Below, piece by piece: positions 31,615 to 44,501 of a stretch of 64,000 nucleotides of DNA (position 1 is its first letter; the number at the start of each line of letters is the position of its first letter). Made by a program: the position numbers and the translations under genes. Source of the DNA: Rotaria socialis (taxonomy: Eukaryota); contig CAJNYD010000062.1 in assembly GCA_905331295.1 (NCBI GenBank), positions 372,001-436,000 on the forward strand, in the 5' to 3' direction. Under the pieces are notes generated by a model, which saw nothing but the letters and a program-made list of their open reading frames with translations, searched no databases and was not told the DNA's origin.

Positions 31615-33599
31615 AAGCATTTTTAGAATCGTTTTTATTTCTGACCGGTTTAGGCAATGAAATAGCATCTAGCTCATAGAAAATAGTCTACAGATGAAAA
31701 TTGGTTGCGGTAATGAATGTTTAAAGAAAACGCGGAAACTTACGTCATTTTTAGTTGTAGTCTTCTGTAAATTGTAATCATTTCTTCGTATTTATCGATT
31801 TAGTATTTCTTAATTCTTTTATCTAATTTCAAAACGCCGGAGATAAGCAAGAAAGAAGATTAATTTTTTCTAATATATTTTTTTTGTGGAACCTTTAATT
31901 TTGATCAGAATTTATTTTTTTCAGTAACTCTTTTTAGACAGCAAGTGTTTATGCATATATCCTTACTGATTATAGAAAAAACATTTGAGGTAAAAAAGAG
32001 AAAAATGAGTGAACGAGTTAACATCCATCATTCAATGTAGGATATTGAAGACGAGATTTTTTTAAATAATGTAAGTATATAATTTCTCATGGCGTTTTTA
32101 TTTTGTATGTATCTATCTCACTAGTTTTACCAAAGACTTTGTACAGTTATCATTAACCTATATGCTTGATGAAGATAAATCATTCATAATTTTATTAATA
32201 ATACAAAATCTTAAGTTTCATCTTCCTATAAATGCATTAATTTTGGAAATACGATATATAAATATTTAGGGTGTAAAATGAAAGTTAGTTCTATATCTCT
32301 GTTGCTGGATCAACTTGTCAATGTAGTAAATCATGAATCATTTTTATTATTATTTAAGACGCGTATGTCTGTGATGTTGTATTCAAATGTATAAAACAAT
32401 GTATATTTGTATAATCGTGTATTGGTTCTACATAATACGTAGATTCTATTGGATGAAAACGTGAGAAATCCTCTTTGATAACTGAAGATATTTTTCTTAT
32501 CGTGTTAGTTCCTTTCCGATTTAGTATAAACTATAAAGGGCGATGCGATTTGATTTTTCAAATTTTTCTCTAACAATGAACGGAAAAATCTATGTTCATA
32601 CCTTCCGACTAATCGATATAAATTTTGGCCACATTTTCAGCTTAAACCATTTATTGGACTTTGCATTACGTAGGACATTTTATTTGATTCTAATTAGAAA
32701 TTTATAATGTTGTGTATGTTGATTTATCAGGTAAACTATTTATGTTATGCGTTTGCTCTGAGATTGTGTCGGAACATACGTGGTAAAGAATCGCAATTGG
32801 ATGTGAACCAGTCACACTCAACTGACGATTTTTCACTGATTTGAACAATGTTGTTTTCCATTTCTTGATATGGTTCCTTTTAACACTAAATTACTCATTT
32901 TATTCTAAACAACAATTTTCAACAAATCAAGGTATTTTTTATGTAACTGAAGACTCTTCATGATGGATTCAACATTAAACGAAAAATCTGCTTGATCATT
33001 ATTAACATTGATGTATAACACTTTATAAACATCTCAGGTTGGAATTATTGCAGAATAATAATAATAGATATTGATTGTGTTGCGAGAATTTCATGAACGA
33101 ATTTTTAAATTACTATGAAGGGCTCGCACTTAAATCCCAGTTATCATTGATATAGATCTGCTATTTTTCAAAAGTAATGTTTTCGAAATAGATTGATATA
33201 AATAATTATTCATATATGTTATTTATGAGAGGTTTGAAAAAAGCAAAAACTTATATTGATATTATTGTACAAGGAAAATTATTTTTGTTTCGATGGCTGT
33301 AAATTCTTCGACGATAGCATACTAAATTTTACCAGATAACGCTTTTAACAATTTACTCTTGCAATATGCATAAAGTATAAATAAAGTTTGCCGTTTGCCA
33401 AATTAATTTGAGTCCATATTGTACTTTATCCCCATCCCCGTCCATGTACTATATACAACAATCACTAGGTGTCGGGAGCTGACGGCAAAATACTTTTTAA
33501 GCAGTTCTAACTCACCAATTTCTTCATCTGGGAATCTAATACGATTTGCAGAGAACAGAATATGCAGCTAGGTCTGTCATAATAAATTTATATTGTATG

Positions 33600-33878
33600 C
33601 ATAGCTGCACAAGTACGGGTACAACTTGTACTGGGCAATTTACATAGAGGCTGAAAGCTCCACTAGTGACACAGAGGATACACTTGTACTCGCATGTACT
33701 CGGTTGTACTACCCCTTCTTCCCCCAAAAAACCTAGAATTCTAGAATTCATGTACCGGGCGGTACCATCGAGTTCATGTCAGCACATTAATTGTAGAATT
33801 CTAGGTTTTGGGGGGAAGAAGAGGTAGTACAACCGAGTACATTTGAGTACAAGTTGTACCCGTACTTGCACAGCCCTC
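33600..33878. mobile_element. hAT-type MITE with long inverted arms
   Basis: Ends CATAGCTGCACAAGTACGGGTACAACTTGTACT / AGTACAAGTTGTACCCGTACTTGCACAGCCCTC, inner arms 33682-33743 vs 33793-33854, and 8-bp flanks ATTGTATG / ATTGTATA (7 of 8 match). Confidence 0.75.
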
Positions 33879-35259
33879 ATTGTATATGTTATAAAACAAC
33901 CTCTTAGGATAAAGAGTGACATACTTTACGTTGTCGTGTTTCTCAGTCAATTCCATATTCTTCAAGTTTATTTCAAAACTGATAGAGAAACAGAAAATTT
34001 AGATTCTTAAACATTTACTATCACCTATAAAACGAGCACACTTATTATTAAAAATTGATTTATAATATTTACTTTAATTATTCTTGAAATAATAATTGTG
34101 AATCTATTATGTGTAGATAATTGTCAATAATTATGTATACGATAGATTCGTTAGAATTTAACTAGCTATTATCAAGAAAGTTTGATACATATTTTCGTAA
34201 AATCAGCAATTTTATGTTGATACCGAATATGTAATCGAATAAAACTGAATTTGCTTGTTTTGATCTTGAAGTAGATAGAAGATGCGTTCGTTATAAAGTT
34301 AAATGAATTGGTTTGTTCAAGCATTATTCAAAATTGTAAATATCAAGTATGAGAGTTCTTCTGATTCGAAACATGCTAGAGAGATATACCATTTTCAGCT
34401 ATTCAGACAAATGTTTTCGGTAAATTTCGTTCCTTCGATCAAACATACAAATAATATAATTCAATTTGTATTTTTAAATGGTCACTAACTCTGATATACT
34501 AAGATTAAAATAAAACTGAATCATCTCATCTGATACTTAATAAACAGGATTCATTGGTTCTTTTTTATTTTTGGCTACTCAGGATAACCATTCTGAGAAT
34601 CGGATTTTATGTCAATTTCTATATAGAAATCTGGATTGTTAACTGATATTAGGATCTCTAGTATTTTGCCTCGATCATATCTTACTGTTGAACTCAACGG
34701 AACTCATTTCAGGGCCCTGGCTGGCCTCAAGCGTCAGACTCACTCAGCTAGGTAATTTGATCAAATTGAGTTTTCCTTTAATACAATGGTGCAAAAATAT
34801 CATTCATTTGCATGTTATGTTTCTCAGAAAATAATCAAGAATCGGCTGATTTACTTTGTATTTAGATAATAGATAAGTGTTATTCATGAAAAGAAGATTA
34901 GGAATCTACAATCAAACAAGAACAAAAGAATCCGAAAAATATATCTTTATAAGTTATTACAAGACGTAATAGCTAACTGTGAAACCGAAGTAAATCTAAC
35001 TGTTATTCTACTTGGAGTTCAGCAGGATTTATCATAGCATCACAAAGCAACAAAGTAGCAATTCTCCTTGAAAGTCTAAATCAAGAATAAGTAGAAACCC
35101 AAACTTTGCTCCGATGATCTTGCATAGATGCGAGTTTATTTGAAGATGAGAATAAAAAACAGGTTGAATCAGTGATATACATTTTATCAAAGTGTCAATA
35201 CATTTTACATGACGCATAAAACGACATAATATTTTTCTCGAATACATGACTGGTCGTAG

Positions 35260-35661
35260 TTAATAAGATCTACTGTCAATCGGTTGGTATGGAATCTGTG
35301 CAATATTTTCTGTATCATGGACGGTCTGCATATCGTAAAATTCCACAGACTGCAAACTACGATATCCATACCAATTTCCATTGTCCCAATAATATACTTT
35401 TGTTGGTGACTCATTAGATTGGCACGCAAAGAACCGAGGACCTCCTTCAGAATTTTTTTTATAATACTCGACATTGTTCTGTGGGCATACTTGAATATTA
35501 TCAGCTGAAAAATCTTCTCTGAGTTGTTCTAATGTCGTCAAACGACCAGTGGCTCTCACTGTTGTATTAGTCCTAACACTGGTATATTTGAAGACGCATT
35601 GCTTGCCAGTTGTTGAAGGAAGTCCTAAACTTCGAGAAATATCACTACTAGTTTCTGCCAT
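35260..35661 (-). CDS. Hypothetical 133-aa single-exon protein, family not recognised
   Basis: Uninterrupted ATG-to-stop ORF with globular, balanced composition in AT-rich DNA. TATAAAA lies ~35 bp upstream (35693-35699, - strand). Confidence 0.6.
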   Translation of the reverse strand: MAETSSDISRSLGLPSTTGKQCVFKYTSVRTNTTVRATGRLTTLEQLREDFSADNIQVCPQNNVEYYKKNSEGGPRFFACQSNESPTKVYYWDNGNWYGYRSLQSVEFYDMQTVHDTENIAQIPYQPIDSRSY

Positions 35662-36199
35662 CGATTATTTGAATAGACTGATAGGTTGAGTATTTTATAA
35701 TTCAGTCTAAAACACAATGTTGTTACAATGTCGTGCTAAAAGATAGAATAAAGCTCTTTTTATACTGTCATGAAGGAAAACGAACAACAACATGCCAACT
35801 TGGAATATGCCAACTTGGAAATTTCCGATTAAATATTCTATTATTTGATAAGATAATGACAAATCGTAACGATTATATGCGGAGAGCGTCCAAATTCCAT
35901 CCGTGGGTGTAATGCTCTCGTTCGAGTGTAACCTATACATAAGATTTGGTCTTATGATGCCATTTATTCTCATCACACCTATTGCCTTTATCTTTCTGTC
36001 CTTTACATTTGTCTTTATCTATCCTTCTTCTTCGTTCTCTCAAATGGTTGAGTATTTAAGCGTGTGCTTTATATGTAATCGATGCGATTTATGCTTTGAA
36101 GAGTTAAATAAAGTGTAATACCACCAGTACAGGCATCTCTTCTATCTAAAATCGTCACACAAGTGTTAAACATCGTTATCTCAGTTTGTTGTAAGACAA

Positions 36200-36835
36200 C
36201 CCAGGTGACCAAAAGACTAGTAAAAAGACTAGTCTTTTTTCTAGACAAGTCGGCCGTCCAGTCTAGTCTTTTTCTCAAAATGTCCTAGTACAGGGCTAGT
36301 CTGAAATCTCGTATAGTCCATAGTGTCCGNNNNNNNNNNNNNNNNNNNNNNNNNNNNNNNNNNNNNNNNNNNNNNNNNNNNNNNNNNNNNNNNNNNNNNN
36401 NNNNNNNNNNNNNNNNNNNNNNNNNNNNNNNNNNNNNNNNNNNNNNNNNNNNNNNNNNNNNNNNNNNNNNNNNNNNNNNNNNNNNNNNNNNNNNNNNNNN
36501 NNNNNNNNNNNNNNNNNNNNNNNNNNNNNNNNNNNNNNNNNNNNNNNNNNNNNNNNNNNNNNNNNNNNNNNNNNNNNNNNNNNNNNNNNNNNNNNNNNNN
36601 NNNNNNNNNNNNNNNNNNNNNNNNNNNNNNNNNNNNNNNNNNNNNNNNNNNNNNNNNNNNNNNNNNNNNNNNNNNNNNNNNNTCTGGGGTAGCTCGGGCC
36701 AGTCCAGACGGGTAAAAGGACATACGGACTAGTCACAATAGATATGGAAGACGTATTAGACTAGACTTGACGGGTATAGAAGACTTTTTGGACTAGTCAT
36801 GTCGCCCGTCCTCCCTATTTTTTTGCTCACTTGGG
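36200..36835. mobile_element. Non-autonomous CCCAG-terminal element with GACTAGTC/CTAG repeats, spanning the assembly gap
   Basis: Ends CCCAGGTGACCAAAA / TTTTGCTCACTTGGG with AA on both flanks. GACTAG/CTAGTC repeats occur on both sides of the N run. Confidence 0.7.
36330..36681. other. Assembly gap (352 N)
   Basis: Run of n characters. Confidence 1.
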
Positions 36836-39076
36836 AAGGAAAGATCACTTTTCTGTCTATTCTATTTTCTATTTTCTATTATTTTATAGCGTGATACATT
36901 AGTACCTAAAAATTCGAAAGACGACGGTATTAATCAAAATATAGTCTATACTAGTTATTATATTGCTGACATACTTCATATTACACGGTTTCTGTCATAA
37001 GTTCAAGCTGTTCCTTCATTTCTCTATCGTTCTTATTAAAATTGTAATATGCCTAAATTACTTTACCTCTGTTGGTTGATGTATTCAAGGGTCTTTGAGT
37101 TTGGCTTATGAGCTACGCAAACTGTAATGTGAAGCTATCGAAATTTGCATTATCAACACTATTGAAGCATAAGATAAGAAATCTTTCAATAAGACATTAA
37201 ACACATTTCTATGCAACCAACCATCAAAACAGTTATCGGTGAAACGAAAAAAACAATGTCTATTTATGACGACACAGGGTGTGGGAATGTGGGTGTAGAT
37301 GTACACCCAGACCAAATATAGAACCACACCCTCTATACCTCACATACACCCGCATGCTTAGATGGTAGCCGGATACATGCACAACTTGCAACTGGGTGTG
37401 GGTATGTACATGAAACACAAACATCCGCAAAACAAATACGAGAACATGCTTCATTTAGATCAAAGTGTTTGTAGCTAATCACTTAGTTGTTTCTAGTGTC
37501 TGTGGTACCGAAGACAGATCATGCCTGCAATATGAGACCATTGTCCTATTTTGTGAACAGGAGAAAGTTGCCACTGCTGACGGAATCCTCCGACTAAATA
37601 GTTCTTTTCCTTGAAATTTATGTATTTAGAACAATGGTTTTCCGAACATCAAAACTATTGCGATTCTTACAGTATTCATTTGGAGAATATGTAAAATAGA
37701 AATAGTATCGTAATGACCCAAGTTTCGTTATGAATGTGGATACTGCGAAAACAAAGAATCGGCGAATAGAATATATTCTAGATTAAATAATTCATTTTTT
37801 CGCTTGCTAGTGTGCCTAATTCAGGTTTTTCATTTTGAAGATTCAGCATACATTACCTGAATATATCTCATGACTTTAAACTTTAGATAAATGAATCAAT
37901 TGCAGAAGAAATTTTCGTTAATTCAGGGTCAATTTGTGATTTATTTTATTTCACGAGTACGATAAACAACAACAGATGACTATGCCTTGTCATTAATCTT
38001 AAACACGAATTCAGTAGATATTGTATCGCAGAACAAAAGAAAATAAGCCATTTTTATACTTTCTTCGCATATTAAACCCATATCAGTTATTCGGATTACA
38101 ATAGCTGGCTCTTTCAATACTTCCTTGTCATGTGCACACGGTTTATTGACTAATTTATTCGAGTATTTCTAATTAGATAAAACAATAAAGTCTGGTTCAT
38201 GTTATTAAGTGACTAGTTCTCCTTATTTATTTGATACGCATACGTATTTGATTAGTGAACAAATGTGTTTCGATACAAAAAATGTTGATTTGATAGGCAT
38301 TGAGCCAGTAGAATTCATCATTGATGAAAACGCAAAAACAGTGTTGCGCCTAAATGGCTTCACAACACAATTAATCACGAAATGTTTGACTTTCTTTACC
38401 TGAAAAAATGCATTACGGATACGAACAACAAGACATGATGAATGTAGAACACGTTATATATTTCTTCATTTTTCAAATGCTTTGACTTTTCGTATAAATA
38501 AATAAATGCCAATGATAAATGTTTTCTGCTTCTATCATTATTTTATAATAGTCGATAAAAAACATCGGTGCTTATTCATTATATTAAGTTCTCGGTGGTA
38601 GATATGCTTGAAAATTACCATAAGGTAGTTCTATATATATTTATTTATTTGCATAAATAGCACAATCGATTTTTAATGTTTGATAAAAAAAATAAGGATC
38701 ATCGCTCCTACATTGCTTCTTTTGTTCTTTTGATGTATACGCATATTTTTATTCATGACCTACAGATGATTGCTTGTAAGTAAAACTTGAGAGTGTGAAC
38801 ATTTCTAATCACATTTATTGGAACAGCCAGAGCTACATCACATGACAACATACTTTTCGATGACTTTATTATTTTTCAAACAAAGCTAAAATTATTCATA
38901 GATAAATATATCTCCCTGGATTGTACTTGAGTGGAAAAAAACATAGGTTGTGCATAGACACTAAACTCTCAGCAACTGGGAAATGAAAAGAAATTCTAGC
39001 GTTTCACTAAAAAAACTGCTGTAGATTGTTTATCAATGAAAATTTTTAAATAAATAAACGCTCTTGTTTTTTGTTG

Positions 39077-39529
39077 TTAGTATCGATAATTATTGAAATT
39101 TCTTGGTTGCAATTTGATTGCTCGTTTTAACATTCCTCGAGCTAATGCAACTCCTTCTTGAGCTTTGTTGGCGTCATTTGCAAATTGATTAAAGGCATAA
39201 CCTAACTTTTGCAGCTGTTCTTCTGATAGAGAGCTCAGAAATGACGCCAATGAATTCAACCACTCATCTTGTTCTGCTTTGCACTCGTCTTCAAATTCAG
39301 ATCGACGTGCAACATCGCCGTGCTTTGGTAATAAGGCTTCTTGTTCATGTGTTAAATTGAGATCTGCGCCTCGAATGATTCCATCCATAATCGCAATCAC
39401 GAATTCACATAAAGGATTCTTCTCGCCTTCACGTTTCGGAAAATACCGTTGTAATGAATGAGATTGAACACTGTTGCAAAGCAGCGCAACCGCAACACAT
39501 AAGAGCAGAAATTTCATTGATGAATTCAT
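39077..39529 (-). CDS. Hypothetical secreted 150-aa protein (signal peptide, dibasic sites), single coding exon
   Basis: Signal-peptide-like MNSSMKFLLLCVAVALLCNSVQS, then KR, RR and KR sites, two Cys in the mature region, and amphipathic helical patterning. Confidence 0.75.
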   Translation of the reverse strand: MNSSMKFLLLCVAVALLCNSVQSHSLQRYFPKREGEKNPLCEFVIAIMDGIIRGADLNLTHEQEALLPKHGDVARRSEFEDECKAEQDEWLNSLASFLSSLSEEQLQKLGYAFNQFANDANKAQEGVALARGMLKRAIKLQPRNFNNYRY

Positions 39530-41841
39530 TGGAGAAAAGTAGTGATCAATTGCGAAATTTGATAGACGATCAACGTATTTCCTGTTATATTTCTTTCTGA
39601 TTTTATACTAAAAATCAATCCACTGAAACAGTCAAATGGTAACTCGCTACTCTTCGTTTAAGGATGATAAGCGAAAAATGGATATGATGAAAATTTTTCT
39701 TTATGTTTACCTCATAGTTTACACTAATTAGCCGTGATTAGCTTGATTGCTTCTGATTGGTAATATTAAACAACTGATATTATAGTTTGTTTATTATATT
39801 CTATGTGGTGTAGTCGAATGAGCAACAGAAATAGGGTATCCTGAAAAAGTGTACAGTGTGTTTGGTGTAGATGTTTGTATGTGATGAGTAGCGAATGTTT
39901 GACATGTAAGCAATCATTGAGCACAACATCATCATATTAATTCAAAGCGATGATTTTTAATACAACCTGCATGACAGACATAGTCAGTGCCTTTAGGGAA
40001 TTTATAATATTGAATTAAACTCAATATTTGTATGCTAATTGTTAACAATTGCACTACTTTCAGCACAAATATATGAAATCAGGACTCTAAATTTGATTGA
40101 AATTCGTTTTTCAATATTCTAATAATCGATTTAAGTTATTTACGTTGAGATAGGAAAATATAAAGTTGAAAACACTTTACAAGAGCGTATTCTAGTCAAA
40201 GAGTTGTTTTGTCATAAATTTGTGAAAAGAATCTAGTATGACGTTGTCTCTACAAGAGATTCAAAGTTCAAAATTAAGTCTAAAAATATTCATAATACCT
40301 TGAAGATTCCATAACTTCTTCTAAGAGTAGCTCGCGGCTACGCCAGGCTAAGATATATCACTCCTAGACATACCCTATCTAATCACAATGTCCTCAATTG
40401 AAAAGTTTTTTTGTGCCGCGAGCGCTTCCTCTGTAATACCTGGGTATGAAATATTTAATAATATCTTATAAAAGGAAATATAAAATAATTAAGTCATTGA
40501 AAAAATAAGTCAATATTGCTTAAAATTTGTGTTTTATGTTCATGACACATGTTGAATTCCTTTTATTTCGCTTGCAAACAAAAAAGAACTTTGTTTGATA
40601 AATTAAATAAAAACGTAGAACATTGAAAGAAACATAAAAATTTGATTTACAGTACTTCCGCCAGAAAAAAAAAGAAATCGTATCGCAAAACAATATAGAA
40701 TTTTCTTTTGCTTAATAAAATATTGCAACTACAATGCTCATTTCTGGTATTATTGTATAATTTATAGTTTTTATTCTGTCTGCATAGTTATTCGAAATGG
40801 AAATGGCAGGAGGAAAAAAGGAGACGCATCATTTTTATTAGAATCGATTCATTTGTTGGAACGACGATCGATGTTTTTTATTGTGGAAAAACTCTGTGTC
40901 ATTGCATAAATTAAAAGAAGATTATTCATGAAGAGAGATAACTAAGAAGGATTTTATTTTTCTAACGAATAAATATCTCATTAGGGCTTGTCACACAATA
41001 CCAACAACAGTGAATACTGCAAAATACACCGTATCATGTTTAACATCTTGCAATTAATAACGACAAGTCATCTACAAAGTTTTATGCATGCATAAAAATT
41101 AATATTGAGTTCATCAAACAGCTGCTAAACCAATCTTCTGATTGTTGAAGACCCGCAGAGCTAAAATGATATGGCATATATAGTTTCATAGATTTGTTTT
41201 TTGTTTTTGTATTTACTATATAATAAATGAATAATGATTCCATGATATAAAAAATTAATTAACATTCATAAAAAAAAACTCAATATAAAACAATCTTGTT
41301 ATTATTTTGATTTTAAATGATTATAGACGTATAGGTTTTGACTCACTGTATGCTAATAAAATGTCTAGAGCAACGAAAAAAACATCGAAGGCCTACAATG
41401 ACATCCTTATTATCAAGTAGCGTCCCCTTTTCTGACATTTACATGTCAAATAATTATAACTCTATTTGCTTCGTATCACCCGTTCTTCCAATAGTATTAA
41501 CATTTGAATGGATGTCAAAATACTTAGAGGCAAAATAATGCGTGAAGATTTGTTATGGCTGTAGACCAATAGCGAATAAGATCTTATCTAATCAACAAAC
41601 ATGCAAACAAACATTGACCTGTGACTGTCATCATGGGACCATATTAATACTAGCGACTTCCATCAAACTAGTTACTTTTGTCGGCAAAAATAATATTCTT
41701 CATATTCATGACTTATAATGCCAAATAATAGAATTCATATGAAAAAGATGACGTTGTTGTTTCCTTTCTTTTTTTTCTTCAGATAATATCAAACTATAAT
41801 TCAAAAGTCATCGACACAGTACTCCATATTTATTATCAAAA

Positions 41842-44501
41842 ATGAATGATGAAACTATGCGCAATGAATTATCATCTATTCAAATGCAGATGAATCAAAC
41901 AACGAATGACGTAAATAGTTTAGTTTGTACTCTTTCTATAATTGATTGCTAGATATTGTGAAACGAGCAGTTTAAGTACTACTACTACTACTACTACTAA
42001 TAATAATAATAATAATAGAGAAGAAGAAGAAAAAGACGAAGAAAAAAAAAAGAAAACATCTGCCGAAGGCGTTGCATTTTCTTTTCCGATTATTGGAATG
42101 CAACTAGAACTAAAAAGAGTAATTTAGAATTCTTATTTTTCTTTGCCGACACCGATCTCTATTTACTCGATTATGTGGGAAAATGCTGACCATTTTCAAT
42201 CTCATTTGTATTTTATTTTCCACTCAAGTGCTGCTTTTATATGCATGGGCATACACTTAGCACTTAGCATTATACATGCTATTCTTTTTCTTGTTGACTA
42301 ATAGAAGAAGAAAAAACTTTTTTTGATCAAAACAATAGTTAGAATGAAAACCTTTGCATTTACTTTTGATTGGATAAATAGAAAAGGCGAAGAAAAAAAT
42401 AATAATTTAGCAATTACTTTAATGACGTGACAATTATTTTAAATTCCGACCTACCCAAGCATATGATAATTGAAGAATTAATGATATAGACCAACAAAAG
42501 GAGAAAATAAATTAAAACTTAAATTGCTTTCTCGAATAGAAAAAAGAAAAAATGTTTAACGAGTTCATCTCTGTTTCTAAATGCATCTCGTTATAATCAA
42601 TAAGACGAGTGATGACGATTTTCGGAAATGAAGAACTCGCTCTTATTCCTTTTTCTTTCTGTAGTACGCCCATAAAAAAAGATTCCTACTTCTCATTGCT
42701 TCTCTCACTCGTTTGCTCTAACATCAATAGACAGCGAGCAAACGACTGAAGTAGTGCGTTTACTATTCTCTTCTGATTTACAGTTCTTTTCATATAATAA
42801 TCATTGAATAACTAAAATTTCTCTGTCTCTCGTCCTCGTATTCTTGATAAACAGTTCAAATTTTACTCGTTGAAAATGTAAATATATATATATATATATA
42901 CAAAGAAAAGGATTTCTTTGCCTTATCCTAAATATGGTATTACCATTCAAATCAAACACCAATAATACTAATAATGGTGAACCACCGAGAGTACTTACAG
43001 AAGAAGAGCAAACTCTCTTGGCTATTGATCAGGGTGTTCATGAGGTAAACTAATAATAAAATCATTTCAAATAGATTCTAATGTTTAATTTTCTGAATGA
43101 ACAAAAAGGACATATGTTTTTTTGATCTATTTAGTCGCTTGAATCAACTAGGCGAATGCTTGCTCTATGTGACGAAGTAAGTGTTATTGCAATTTATTTT
43201 AAAGGAATTAATAGTTACCATTCATCTATATGTATAGAGTAAAGAAGCTGGAATTCGAACTCTGGTTATGCTTGATGAACAAGGAGGTAAGTAAAAAAAA
43301 TTATTTCTGGGAAAAAATGAAGACGACATACTTTTACTCGTGAAATTAAATACAAATGAGCCAATACTTCTTTTTCTATGTGAAAGAAATGTGTTAAACT
43401 TAGAAGTTTTAATCATTTATATAAAGCTGTAACGATCTTGCTCATGAACAAGTTAAGTAAACGATGCATAGTTGATTGCATAGAGACTTTGCGATTCTTT
43501 TTTACATGATTCAATCGACAGTGATTAATGTGAACTTCTTTTGCAAATCATATTTTCAATAATGATTTTGTTGCAATATATAGAACAACTTGATGCAATT
43601 GATTCTGGCATGGATCGTATAAATGCTGAAATGCGTGATGCAGAAAAAAATCTTGAAGGTCTCGAAAAATGTTGTGGATTATGCGTACTTCCATGGAAAA
43701 GGTTGAAATTATTTTTCTACTTATGTTCGTTATTTTTTTACGCATCAATATTAGATCGAAAAATGTTGAAAAAAGTGCTGCTTACAGTAAAACATTTAAA
43801 GGTAATGAAGATGGGAAAGTCAATGCGTCAGGCCCACGACAAGTTGTTGGACAAAATGGCGTTGGCCCGGGTTCCGGTTATATTCAAAAGTAATCAAGAA
43901 AAAAATGTTTTTTTCTCTTTCTTTACCTTTGTTTTTACTATTATGAAATGCCATTTGAGAGAAGTGATGAAGTATAAGTGTGCATATTTCTTCCCGTGTG
44001 GCATAGCCAGTATATCAATAAACTTTCGTTTTAATGTATGAGCTACTTTTATATTGCACTGTTACCGTAGAACTAAAAAAAGAATGATGATGGTGAAAAG
44101 AAAAACAATGTGTCCGGAAACAGTTAGAATAAAAAAAGTTTCCTATGATTAGTAAGAGCAACTATATTGCGTTTCATATTTTAATCTCATAGGGGTTTTG
44201 CTAACAACTTTTTTTTATTAAGAATTACTAACGATGCAAGAGAAGATGAAATGGAAGAAAATCTTCAACAAGTTAGCACAGTGATTGGTAATCTAAGAAA
44301 TATGGCTTGTGATATGGGTAATGAAATAGAAAATCAAAATAATCAAATTGATCGTATCAAGGGCAAAGTAAGATGAAAAAAAATATTTTGTCTTAATCTA
44401 ATTAAAATCTTGTTGGTTTCTTTTTTGTTCCATAGACGGATATTAGTCATATTCGTATCGAAGAAGCTAATAAGCGAGCGAAAACATTGTTAAAAAGTTA
44501 A
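41842..44501 (+). CDS. SNAP25: SNAP-25 Qbc-SNARE with two candidate first coding exons (41842-41910 and 42934-43044)
   Basis: Common exons read [68 protein letters not shown]...|[45 protein letters not shown]|...[15 protein letters not shown]. Stop at 44499-44501. Confidence 0.96.

Noticed and set aside
36241..36736. ORFs of 130-160 aa crossing the N run
   Set aside because: Open only because of the assembly gap.
37275..37420. GGGTGT/ACACCC-rich patch starting CAGGGTGTGG
   Set aside because: Probably a MITE remnant, but the ends and TSD could not be defined.
40321..40470. GTAGC-TCGCG-GCTAC hairpin and GC-rich patch
   Set aside because: Possibly a small rolling-circle element, but there is no second copy or clear boundary in the window.
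41942..42127. 61-aa ORF with poly-T/N/E/K runs
   Set aside because: Translation of (ACT)n(AAT)n and purine-rich simple repeats in SNAP25 intron 1.
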